Assembly: GCA_040954595.2 (NCBI GenBank)
Contig: CM082586.2
Coordinates: 11,811,337 to 11,875,336, forward strand
Reading direction: 5' to 3'
Length of the DNA stretch: 64,000 nt
From: Balanoglossus misakiensis
Taxonomy: Eukaryota > Animalia > Hemichordata
This document shows, one piece after another, positions 52,101 through 64,000 of the stretch. A program made the position numbers and the translations under genes. The notes beneath the pieces are model-generated. The model did not search any database. It had not been told where the DNA came from and saw nothing but the letters and a program-made list of their open reading frames with translations. Each line of letters begins with the position of its first letter. Position 1 is the stretch's first letter.

Positions 52101-55100
52101 TGGCTAATCAAGGTTGACGCAAGGGTTGACCCCACCAAACACTCAAAATTGATGGGCACGACACTGGCCACTAAGCTCTGGCCTGGCTAATCAAGGTTGA
52201 CGCAAGGGTTGACCCCACCAAACACTCAAAATTGATGGGCACGACACTGGCCACTAGCTCTGGCCTGGCTAATCAATGTTGACGCAAGGGTTGACCCCAC
52301 CAAACACTCAAAATTGATGGGCGCGACACTGGCCACTAGCTCTGCATGGCCTGGCTAATCAAGGTTGACGCAAGGGTTGACCCCACCAAACACTCAAAAT
52401 TGATGGGCACGACACTGGCCACTAGCTCTGGCCTGGCTAATCAATGTTGATGCAAGGGTTGACCCCACCAAACACTCAAAATTGATGGGCACGACACTGG
52501 CCACTAGCTCTGGCCTGGCTAATCAATGTTGACGCAAGGGTTGACCCCACCAAACACTCAAAATTGATGGGCGCGACACTGGCCACTAGCTCTGGCCTGG
52601 CTAATCAATGTTGACGCAAGGGTTGACCCCACCAAACACTCAAAATTAATGGGTGCGACACTGGCCACTAGCTCTGGTCTGGCTAATCAATGTTGACGCA
52701 AGGGTTGACCCCACCAAACACTCAAAATTGATGGGCGCGACACTGGCCACTAGCTCTGGCGTGGCTAATCAAGGTTGACGCAACGGTTGACCCCACCAAA
52801 CACTCAAAATTAATGGGCGCGACACTGGCCCCTAGCTCTGGCCTGGCTAATCCAGGTTGACGCAAGGGTTGACCCCACCAAACACTCAAAATTAATGGGC
52901 GCGACACTGGCCACTAAGCTCTGGCCTGGCTAATCAATGTTGACGCAAGGGTTGACCCCACCAAACACTCATAATTGATGGGCACGACACTCGCCACTAG
53001 CTCTGGCCTGGCTAATCAAGGTTGACGCAAGGGTTGACCCCACCAAACACTCAAAATTGATGGGCACGACACTGGCCACTAAGCTCTGGCCTGGCTAATC
53101 AAGGTTGACGCAAGGGTTGACCCCACCAAACACTCAAAATTGATGGGCACGACACTGGCCACTAAGCTCTGGCCTGGCTAATCAAGGTTGACGCAAGGGT
53201 TGACCCCACCAAACACTCAAAATTGATGGGCACGACACTGGCCACTAGCTCTGGCCTGGCTAATCAATGTTGATGCAAGGGTTGACCCCACCAAACACTC
53301 AAAATTGATGGGCGCGACACTGGCCACTAGCTCTGGCCTGGCTAATCAATGTTGACGCAAGGGTTGACCCCACCAAACACTCAAAATTAATGGGCGCGAC
53401 ACTGGCCACTAAGCTCTGGCCTGGCTAATCAATGTTGACGCAAGGGTTGACCCCACCAAACACTCATAATTGATGGGCACGACACTCGCCACTAGCTCTG
53501 GCCTGGCTAATCAAGGTTGACGCAGGGTTGACCCCACCAAACACTCAAAATTGATGGGCACGACACTGGCCACTAAGCTCTGGCCTGGCTAATCAAGGTT
53601 GACGCAAGGGTTGACCCCACCAAACACTCAAAATTGATGGGCACGACACTGGCCACTAAGCTCTGGCCTGGCTAATCAAGGTTGACGCAAGGGTTGACCC
53701 CACCAAACACTCAAAATTGATGGGCACGACACTGGCCACTAAGCTCTGGCCTGGCTAATCAATGTTGACGCAAGGGTTGACCCCACCAAACACTCAAAAT
53801 TGATGGGCGCGACACTGGCCACTAGCTCTGCATGGCCTGGCTAATCAATGTTGACGCAAGGGTTGACCCCACCAAACACTCAAAATTGATGGGCACGACA
53901 CTGGCCACTAGCTCTGGCCTGGCTAATCAAGGTTGACGCAAAGGTTGACCCCACCAAACACTCAAAATTGATGGGCACGACACTGGCCACTAGCTCTGGC
54001 CTGGCTAATCAAGGTTGACGCAAGGGTTGACCCCACCAAACACTCAAAATTAATGGGCGCGACACTGGCCACTAAGCTCTGGCCTGGCTAATCAATGTTG
54101 ATGCAAGGGTTGACCCCACCAAACACTCATAATTGATGGGCACGACACTCGCCACTAGCTCTGGCCTGGCTAATCAAGGTTGACGCAAGGGTTGACCCCA
54201 CCAAACACTCAAAATTGATGGGCACGACACTGTCCACTAAGCTCTGGCCTGGCTAATCAAGGTTGACGCAAGGGTTGACCCCACCAAACACTCATAATCG
54301 ATGGGCACGACACTGGCCACTAGCTCTGGCCTGGCTAATCAAGGTTGACGCAAGGGTTGACCCCACCAAACACTCAAAATTGATGGGCACGACACTGGCC
54401 ACTAGCTCTGGCCTGGCTAATCAATGTTGATGCAAGGGTTGACCCCACCAAACACTCAAAATTGATGGGCACGACACTGGCAACTAGCTCTGGCCTGGCT
54501 AATCAATGTTGACGCAAGGGTTGACCCCACCAAACACTCAAAATTGATGGGCGCGACACTGGCCACTAGCTCTGGCCTGGCTAATCAATGTTGACGCAAG
54601 GGTTGACCCCACCAAACACTCAAAATTAATGGGTGCGACACTGGCCACTAGCTCTGGTCTGGCTAATCAATGTTGACGCAAGGGTTGACCCCACCAAACA
54701 CTCAAAATTGATGGGCGCGACACTGGCCACTAGCTCTGGCGTGGCTAATCAAGGTTGACGCAACGGTTGACCCCACCAAACACTCAAAATTAATGGGCGC
54801 GACACTGGCCCCTAGCTCTGGCCTGGCTAATCCAGGTTGACGCAAGGGTTGACCCCACCAAACACTCAAAATTAATGGGCGCGACACTGGCCACTAAGCT
54901 CTGGCCTGGCTAATCAATGTTGACGCAAGGGTTGACCCCACCAAACACTCATAATTGATGGGCACGACACTCGCCACTAGCTCTGGCCTGGCTAATCAAG
55001 GTTGACGCAAGGGTTGACCCCACCAAACACTCAAAATTGATGGGCACGACACTGGCCACTAAGCTCTGGCCTGGCTAATCAAGGTTGACGCAAGGGTTGA

Positions 55101-55637
55101 CCCCACCAAACACTCAAAATTGATGGGCACGACACTGGCCACTAGCTCTGGCCTGGCTAATCAAGGTTGACGCAAGGGTTGACCCCACCAAACACTCAAA
55201 ATTGATGGGCACGACACTGGCCACTAGCTCTGGCCTGGCTAATCAATGTTGATGCAAGGGTTGACCCCACCAAACACTCAAAATTGATGGGCGCGACACT
55301 GGCCACTAGCTCTGGCCTGGCTAATCAATGTTGACGCAAGGGTTGACCCCACCAAACACTCAAAATTGATGGGCGCGACACTGGCCACTAGCTCTGGCCT
55401 GGCTAATCAATGTTGACGCAAGGGTTGACCCCACCAAACACTCAAAATTTATGGGCGCGACACTGGCCACTAGCTCTGGCCTGGCTAATCAATGTTGACG
55501 CAAGGGTTGACCCCACCAAACACTCAAAATTGATGGGCACGACACTGGCCACTAGCTCTGGCGTGGCTAATCAAGGTTGACGCAAAGGTTGACCCCACCA
55601 AACACTCAAAATTAATGGGCGCGACACTGGCCACTAA
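43149..55637. repeat. Satellite array, about 150 monomers of 86 bp (82- and 93-bp variants) with higher-order repeats
   Basis: Monomer GCTCTGCATGGCCTGGTTAATCAATGTTGACGCAAAGGTTGACCCCACCAAACACTCAAAATTGATGGGCACGACACTGGCCACTA repeated head to tail with no unique spacers. Confidence 0.99.
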
Positions 55638-56463
55638 GGCTGCATTCACAAACACCTCTGGAGGGGGGGGGGCAGGAGAATTGAGGGGGGGATTTGTCAA
55701 TGTTTGAAAGGTGTTGATAAATGGAGGGTATGTAAGGGGGGGGATTTGAAATAATTTAGGGACTGAAAGGGGGGGACTTGAAAACTTTGACGACTAAATA
55801 TTTATTTTGAGTCCACAAAAATGCAGTTTCGCGCCCTTTATTTTACAAAATTTTCTAATGTGGGAGGGGGACACCCCCTCCCACACCCACCCCCTCCATT
55901 TATCAACACCTTTCAAACATTGACTGGTTTATCTAGTGTCCCAGGTCAGGGGACTTGCCCCCACCCCATGATAACTTTGAGCGCGTGGCGGTTAAATTTG
56001 TCCTCCCCAACATACCGGTAGTTGAGTTAATGTGCTTTTGCCAGGTTCATTAAAATGCAGCTTTGAGCTCTGTATTTTATAAAATTTTCTTACGTGGGAG
56101 GGGGACACCCTCTCCCAAACCCACCCCCTTCAATTCTTGGTTTACAATGTCTCCCAACACAGAATACAGATACTTAAAAAATAAAAACAATGTTCAGTTT
56201 TAATACCCACTGATGAGGGGAAACATCAGTTTCAAATTCTTTTCATGGGAGCGCTGTTTTTCTTTTTTACAAGATAGATAGGTGATGTGTTTTGCTGAGT
56301 GGAAGAAAATGGGGGGGGGGGACTTGAAAATTTTAGCAGTTCGGAAGGGGGGGATTTGAAAATATTTCGGGTTGTTGAGGGGGGGCATGTGAAAATTAAC
56401 GGTAAAAAAAATTGAATTCTCCCGCCCCCCCCCCCCCCTCCAGAGGTGTTTGTGAATGCAGCC
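55638..56463. mobile_element. PIF/Harbinger-type MITE with perfect TIRs
   Basis: GGCTGCATTCACAAACACCTCTGGAGGGGG ... CCCCCTCCAGAGGTGTTTGTGAATGCAGCC, with TAA on both sides. Confidence 0.9.
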
Positions 56464-56983
56464 TAATCTTGCCATAATGTATGAAAATCAGAATCTTTGT
56501 CAGAGTGGAGTGAATATTTACATGTACCGTTCAAGCTATTTATCATAGTGTTGTATGGAGGGAGCCATATTTGGGTGCTGCATCCAATTATTATTTGTCT
56601 GACTAAAACCTCCATGCTGTCCCACTCAGTTGACATTTATAATTAGGTAAACATTATAAGTAAGAACGTTTTATGGACTAGTTGTATCTAAATGTAAAAT
56701 CGTGAAATTAATAATGTCAAAGGTTGCAGTTCATGTGCCTTTAATAAAGATAAGCGATCGGGTCATGCAATTTTTGTCATCAAAGTTTCCGAGCGAAGTA
56801 ATTGCCTGTGTGTGGGGGGAGGGTACTTTCCAGTGTGTAGTATTTACAGGGACATTTGAAGCATGTGCATTTGTTATCATAGTTATTGTTCAATTTGTCT
56901 CGAAGTCAGTGTTAAAATAAACTTCAAAAAATCAAAATGATTGAACTGTCTTTTGTTCTTATACTCTGGTGTAATACTTTCAC

Positions 56984-57005
56984 CTTAGACCCTTAGGGGT
57001 CTATG
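56984..57005. mobile_element. 22-bp palindromic mini-insertion resembling fused P-type TIRs
   Basis: CTTAGACCCTTAGGGGTCTATG flanked by the 7-bp near-direct repeat CTTTCAC / CTTTCGC. Confidence 0.45.
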
Positions 57006-57653
57006 CTTTCGCACACTTGGCTCATGGAAGTACAGCTACAGAATACTATATCACTCATGAAAATAATTTGTATACGCCCCAATGATCCTGCACTGTTGTT
57101 GCACACTTCTTTCTTAATATTTCTATTTCATTCATAATTCTCCAAGAATAGCTTCCACAAAACTCTATTGCACTGACAACTGCCCCCCCCCCTTGAAGCT
57201 CTATTGCACTGACAATGGACACCCCCCCAATACCTTCATGCATCACAAGTGTTGTCCAAATTCAAAATCATATCCCTAATATGATCTCCAAAAACTTATT
57301 TAGTCATACACCAAAAATAACAGCATACAAAAAAAACAAATTAACAGTATTTACAAAATATCAAGACTTTAGATTGCACATGTTTATCAAAAATAGAGTC
57401 ACGGACGTGTTTTTCTCAGGGGTCTATGATTGACTGTTTGGATGTAAATAAAAAGTCAGCAAGCCTGTAGCACAGTGTACTCATTTCAAAATTTACATTT
57501 TTCAAGTGACAGTTGATATAGGAATACATCATTTTATTTCATGTTCATAAAATAGCCACTGCCATTATTGACTGCTGTCATCACCAATCTCCTACAAAAA
57601 GTGAAGACAGCAAGATGAATGTACACCCTCAAAGTTTTAGAGCTTCTTTTTTT

Positions 57654-57930
57654 CAGGGTTCGCACACCTAGGCCAACTTGAAATTCCAGGAGATTTTTGG
57701 CAAATTTTAAGAGTATTTTTGATATAAAATGCCATTTTCCAGGAGTATTTGCATTTGGAACACTACTTGTATGCACAAATACTGTTAGTTTTAGATTTTG
57801 TAGTTTGGCAAGCAATCTCCTGTATGACAGTGCCATAATTCTTGAATGATGTTTACAAAATAACATATTTTCCAAGAGTTTCAAGGAGAGGTATGAAATT
57901 TCAGGAGTTTCTGGGAGTGTACGAACCCTG
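57654..57930. mobile_element. hAT-like MITE downstream of the transposase
   Basis: TIRs CAGGGTTCGCACAC / GTGTACGAACCCTG in a T-rich target. Confidence 0.7.
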
Positions 57931-58022
57931 TTTTCTTTTCCATTCTCTGATACTGGTTTTCATAGCTTCCTGACAAGTCTTAAGTTCTGTCTTATTTTAC
58001 AACTGCAATGCAGTATCAGTGA

Positions 58023-61000
58023 TCAACGACGACGTTTTGGTAGAGGTGTATTTTCCACTTCACCATTTGCAACAGGACCTCTGACATTTCCTCCATTGAC
58101 TCTCATCAAGTTTGAGCTCTTCATTCTGAGGGCATTTGCAGAGTGCCAAAACTGCAATACTGACGGTGCTTCATTCCCCCCTTTCATCTGACGGTGGTTC
58201 CCAAAGTAGGATTCAAGGGGATCTTGGTTGAACTTTTCAGACAGTACACAGGTGACACCGGGTTGAGCCAACAGGTACTCTGTGACCATGACGAATGAGT
58301 TGACTGCAATGAGAAATTATTGAAAATATATAATAAAACCTCCACAAACCACAAGACATCACTTGTGCTGTGAAAATTCAGATAGGCTTTGTTGGGCATT
58401 TCCTAAATTTAAATCTGTCATCATTCCATGTAATATATATTTGAATGGCAAAAGATACCTCAATTGACAAAAAATAATCAAGAATACTTCATCAGAACAT
58501 TACTTACCTGTCATGAAGAGACCTTCAATTGTCTCCCTGCTTAGTTTCATTCTATAGCCCAAGAAGTCATCCTGCAACCACTACAAAAATATCCCTTTTC
58601 AGCAATAAAATACTTCAAACAACCTCAATGTCACAAAATTACAGCTAATGTACTTTGGAAATACACATTTTATATGACTTGGCTGTTGGACCATAAAGTT
58701 TTCATGGTGAAAGCAATAGATAGAAGATCTATTGCATGATATCATTTGTGATTGGCAATGGAGCCCAAAATTATGTTCTCTGAATTTATTTTGATAAAAA
58801 AAACAGGGGAAGCAACCATGCAAGCATGAAGCAACAATTACCTTACGCCTAGGATCATCAGGTGATCTGTATGGCATCAGATCAGGCTTTCTTTTCTTTA
58901 CACCTTCTGTCATACTTCTGACATTTAAACAGTCAAAAAAATTGTCAAAGTTTCTGACAAATTCAATGGTTGGAGCCATCTGATGCCTGTTTCTCCCAAA
59001 AACAGACAGAGCATTGGCGACTGTGGAACTGAGGACCTACAGTAAGAAAAAGAGGTGAAATTAGTAATGCCATTACATGTTCAGTTTCTCTTGATTTACA
59101 TTCTACTTTGAGTGATTACTGGGGTTACATACACTGCATGGACAAATTTCTTCAATGTTTAATATATAATAGGAGAAAGAAATTTTGTTGTTTCTTACTC
59201 TTTCATAAGGGTCTGTGAATAAAAGTATTTAGAAAGGTTATTGCACACAACAGAATTCATAAAGTCAAGTCTTATCATAATAATCATGTCTCAGTACCTG
59301 TGCTGCATATTTCACTTTCATACGTGAAAATGATGTCAGGTGTATGTGTTCATACTTCAGTTTGTGGCAGAGAAATAAACCTCCTCTCTCCAAATCAGCC
59401 TTGTACAAATCAGCTACTGTCTTCCAAACAATGTGCTCCCCATTCTGTAATTACAAATGAAAGGAATACTCACTAGATTAGTAAATTGTTTGTTACTCAA
59501 TACTTAAAAAGCTATGACAATAAACACAGGAAATGCAGATTGGAAGTAAATGGTACTATTGTTTTAATATAACAGTTATACTTTCATTAAAATTCTTTGG
59601 ATTAATATAGCTTAATATTTTTGAACAAATTATCTAACTTCAGTTTGAATGAGAAAATGTGATGACAATACAGTTGAAGTCTAAAAACAAGATCATATAG
59701 AAGAATGCTGTCAACGCACTCACAACGTATTGGGTCTATGATTCTATGTAATAATTTTCAGTCTTACCCATAATAATCGCTTCTTGTTATGAGCACCAGA
59801 GTTTGACCAACAGTTTCTTGTCGTCTTTATAAGATGTGGCACATCTGACATGAAGTATATGTACCTATCTTCTTCATTGGCACACACATTCAGCGTTCTG
59901 TGTGTAATCAATTCGTGCTGCTCACCAGAGTCATGTAACCTGTAGAAACGTCTATTGGGTGATGCACCGTCTGAAGTAGACACCAATACTTTGAAGCCAT
60001 ATTCCTCCAAAACGTTAACAACTTCCCAGACTAGAGGAAATAAAAAGTCTGATGTGATTGAAGTTGTCGGATAATGTGCTACTGGATAATTTAAACGGAT
60101 GCAGACACCCCTCACCATAAAGACGAGCATGTACTTGGCAATATCACATTGCACTGGTCTGTCTTGCAGCGACATTTCATAGGCGATGAGGGAATTATTG
60201 AAATTCCCAACATCTGTGAAACCCACCAATTCACCAGAGCTCTTCTCAAAGACAAGATCTGCATGGATTTTCAGCTCATCATGGACCAGAACAACGTACT
60301 TTTGGTGTTCTGACAGCTCAGTGAAATTGCTCTCTCTGTACAGCTGCTGTATGACATCTCCTGTAATTCCATTGCCTCCTTTTGTCCAGTGAGTGTAATC
60401 AAGTAGGGTTCGCTCACTTGGTAACTTGATGACACCAGATTCTTTCAGTGTACGATATGCAGCCGAAGAACGTAGCTTTATATTCAAACACCACTTGATG
60501 AACATCGGGTGCCATCTCATCCCTTTTGACTCTGAACACTTCATGGCCTTTGTCTGCTGTTCCCAGAATAATTTCTGAAAGGAGCCCTCTTCAAATTCCT
60601 TGTTGATAGTTTCTTCATAGTCAGCAGCAAATTTCTCAAAATCACCACTTAGCTCCTGATTGAAAACAAGACCATCTTTCTCTATACTGGCCTGCAATTT
60701 CTGCTTCAAACGTCCTTCACTCATCTGCACTCTATTCTTTTCTTTTATAATGTTCTTTGTTCTCTCGTACAGTTCCTCATGAGAAAGTTTTGATAGTGGT
60801 GCGTGACTGTTGTGGTCTGTTTTATTTTGCTTTTTTCCTGTCTCATTCTTCATTGTGTCTTTATGGAGCATGGAAAATAAAGAGTTTCTGAACTGCCAGC
60901 AATTACCACATCGTTCATTTCCATTGTTCAAGATCATTTGACACTGAGCTGAGTGTATTGTTGTTTCAACTGTCTCACCTCTTCTGGTCTGCAAAGGTGC

Positions 61001-62513
61001 CACATGCTGCCACCCAGCAACTTCATCTGCACTGCGAGCTTTCTTGAAGAAACCCTTCCGTGCTCTGGCAACACCATGAAATTTGGAATCTGGATTGCCA
61101 ATGCACACGATGGTATTGTGTACCATGTTAAGAATGTCAAGTACCATTGAAACAGAATTGACAGTTTGTGGCAATGTGCAAAGAGGTTTCTTATTGTCAC
61201 ATGGCTCATTATAGACAGTGACTGACCAGTGTAAGTCTTTGGTTACAGTTATGTCTTTTATGACAGTTGACTGCATTGATGCATCTTTTATAATGTACAT
61301 CAGGTGGATATCATTGTCATCTGCCTGGTATAGCCAACCACATGGCAGAGAGCACTGAGCCAGACCCGTTCTTATGGATGTATATGGCAAAGGATAATGA
61401 AAAACAGGGTGTACTATTTGGTCATGTGTTCCTGTGATAAGACAAGAGTTTTCATTCGACATGTGGTGCACTGAGAATTCCACAGCCTTGTCAACGACCC
61501 TGTCATCTGTGCTGGATAAAGAATTGTCACATGCTGTTTCTTCAGTTGTTGAGATATGTTGTGGTACCTTGTCAATTCCCTGACTAACTGTATTTTGCTG
61601 GTTTTTAGAATATGACGCAGCAATTTCAGCAAAATCTTGCAAAACACTGAAGTTTCTCTCATTCTTTTTCAATTCTGTAGTGGGGCTCTTCTGTTGTAGA
61701 TCTTCTAACAGCCGCCTAGCGCATTTCTTGTTAGGTGTGGTGATCTGCAAAGGTGGAAACACAAGGCATTACCACGTTAAAATTTTGAAAACTTAGCCAT
61801 GTTCCAGTATAGAACCTCAAGGGTTTTATTGTTCAAAGTTACAATCTTGATGATATTACATTGACTGCCTTGAAAGAAATTATGAAGTTTACAATGTGAA
61901 CTCAATCTTAACTCAAAATAGCAATACAAAATGCTAATATCATTACCTTCTCTTCTCCTTGATGTGCCTCATTAATTTGGCTGTTTGAATGGGAGACAGC
62001 GATTTCCGCAAAATCTTGCAAAACACTGAAGCTTCTCTCATTCATTTTCAATTCTGTAGTGGGGCTCTTTTGTTGTAGTTCTTCTAACACCTGCCTAGCA
62101 CATTTCTTGTTAGGTGTGGTGATCTGGAAAGGTGGAAACACAAGGCATTACCACGTTAATTTTTTGAAATCTTAGCCATTTTCCAGACTTCCAGTATAGA
62201 ACCTCAAGGGTTTTATAGTTCAAAATTACAATCTTGATGATATGACATTGACCGCCCTGAAAGAAATTTTTACAACTTGGACTCAATCTTATCTCAAAAT
62301 AGCAATACAAAATGCCAATATCATTACCTTGTCTTCTCCTTGATGTGCCTCATTGTTTTGGCTGTTTGAATGGGAGACAGCGATTTCCGCAAATTCATTC
62401 AGAATGCTAAAATCTCCCTTGTTACATCCTTTGTATCTTTTCACCTTTGCAGCGAGGCTCTTCTTCCTTTCTGCATTTTTAATCCTCCTCCCAATACCTT
62501 TCTTGTAGGGCAT
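58023..62513 (-). CDS. P-element/THAP9-like DDE transposase, spliced; exons 62513-62328, 62123-61947, 61744-59768, 59444-59298, 59036-58842, 58580-58508, 58303-58023
   Basis: Motifs RWHPMFIKWCL, LPSERTL, VHDELKI, ELVGF, SDGASPNR, SDVPHLIKTTRN, HLTSFSRMKVKYAAQVLS, FDNFFDCLN, KFNQDPLESYFG; all introns GT-AG and phase-compatible. Confidence 0.9.
61610..62400. repeat. ~380-bp tandem duplication of an exon-intron unit at the transposase 5' end
   Basis: ITTPNKKCAR..QQKSPTTELK.NER.FSVLQDFAEIA occurs twice and FAEIAVSHSNSQ.NEAHQGE.K twice; intron sequence is duplicated too. Confidence 0.9.
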
Positions 62514-64000
62514 GGTGATCTGAAGATACAAATGCATAACAGCATTACTTTTTAAGTTTCAAATAGTAACTAACAGCTACAGAAATGCTAGAGACTGTTT
62601 TGGGTCTACCATTCAAAACAATGGGAAGAGACCATCTTTACCAAATGACATGTTGTTCAAACCAAGTACACTGGTATAGTATTAATTAAGTTTTGACAAC
62701 ATACTTTCTGCTTTGGATAATTTTTTTCAAGGTGGTTCAGAAGCTGACAGCGTCCTGAAAGAGAATTGTGTGTTGTTTCTGATTTGGAATTTTACAATCT
62801 CTATCACTCCTATTAATAACTAGCTACTAATTACCTGGTCAATTGCTTCACAAATGAATGTATCTTTCACAAAACACATCCTGGGAGAATCAGAAGCATC
62901 GCAGATAAATAGCTTCACTGTAACAACAAAGGTTTACTTTGTGTACGATACAATATGGGCACACGCCAACATCACACCCTTATTGTTCCTGATATAATGG
63001 CGTTTTGTGCTGCGTGTAAACGGGGGATTTACTCAAAAAAAAGCTTGACAATACCTAACTGGACACATCAAGTGTTATTAAAAAAATATCCGCATTTGCG
63101 GCTTTCCAAAAAAATCTCCTCAAGGGTGGATGATCAAAAATAGACCCACGAGAAAAAAAAAGAAAACATAACTTCCGGAAAGCCGGAGTGTCGCTGGTCG
63201 CATGATCGCATAACAACAAGTTGACTTCTTTTTTTCTTTCAACTGAATGTGAAATATCTGCGTAAAACCCCACCAATACACCCACAATTACATGGTAACA
63301 ACAATAAAATAAGAGGTTAAGACATTCAAGGAATATCTTCCGTAAAAAAGGACACAATCGGCAGCATGAAATTTTACGCTACATGCAACCGGAAGTATTT
63401 GTCTGCAAGCACGATGCACAAAAAGCATGGGCAAAATCGTCATTTATCACAGAAATTTGCCAGCCATCGACAATCAGAGATTAGTACTATGCACGGTCGG
63501 TTTGTTACGACTTCCTGTGCGACGAAGGAACGTAAGAAATGCCAAATCTTGGAAAAACTGGGAGACAAAAATCCAAAACAAGTGAAGTTCTGGAAACAAA
63601 ACAATCGAGACAGGTTCGGAACTACGCAATGTTCTTTTTGACGGCAAACGTAAAATTAACACTAACAGTTTAACAATGAAACACATCGTAGCACTTCTTG
63701 TATGCTGAAGATTTCATATTTTAAAGAATTTCCGATCGACGGATTGTCTTCTTACAGAAAAACGGTCACAATCTCCGCGATGACTTCTACAACACGACAT
63801 TCGGCGTCGCGTCATCATACACAAACAATTACTTGCTCTTCACAAATAGTTGTAAAATTGTGAAAAAAATAGAATACCTACCTTTTTATGGAGTAATGAA
63901 AACCTTAGATGATCAACATGGTACGGACGCAGCGTAAAAAAAGCTTCTACTTCTGTGGAGTCGTTTGGACGCAAACTTTAAGTGGACCGACGACGAGGAA

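Noticed and set aside
49753-54887. Four near-identical 61-aa ORFs
   Set aside because: Chance open frames in satellite variants; useful only as higher-order repeat markers.
43149-55637. CRISPR-like array
   Set aside because: No unique spacers, no cas genes and a eukaryotic context; it is a satellite.

Overview
Repeat-dense, AT-rich eukaryotic DNA with spliceosomal introns; the element types suggest a marine invertebrate such as a hemichordate-like deuterostome (inference). No clearly intact host gene is visible. In order: tandem repeats of 452 bp and 309 bp (1-2.7 kb); three rearranged, partly inverted copies of a tandem OB-fold (RPA/HIN-like) gene, followed by a GC-rich TatD-associated ORF remnant (3-9.5 kb); a giant diverged inverted duplication (about 10.9-26.7 kb vs 33.0-43.1 kb) around a 6.3-kb spacer holding pentraxin and transposase remnants; a 12.5-kb satellite of 82-93-bp monomers (43.1-55.6 kb); MITEs; and a spliced P-element/THAP9-like transposase (58.0-62.5 kb, minus). 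The left arm carries a near-intact RTEX-like LINE with a 2A-like peptide and an in-frame TAG between ORF1 and ORF2. The most unusual structure is that each arm is a nested palindrome. Its centre is an almost invariant ~600-bp cassette between ~290-bp inverted repeats, carrying two copies of a covarying hairpin motif. Promoter/first-exon-like sequences at the inner arm ends point along the strand on which those hairpins fold best. All alignments were made by eye, so boundaries are approximate.
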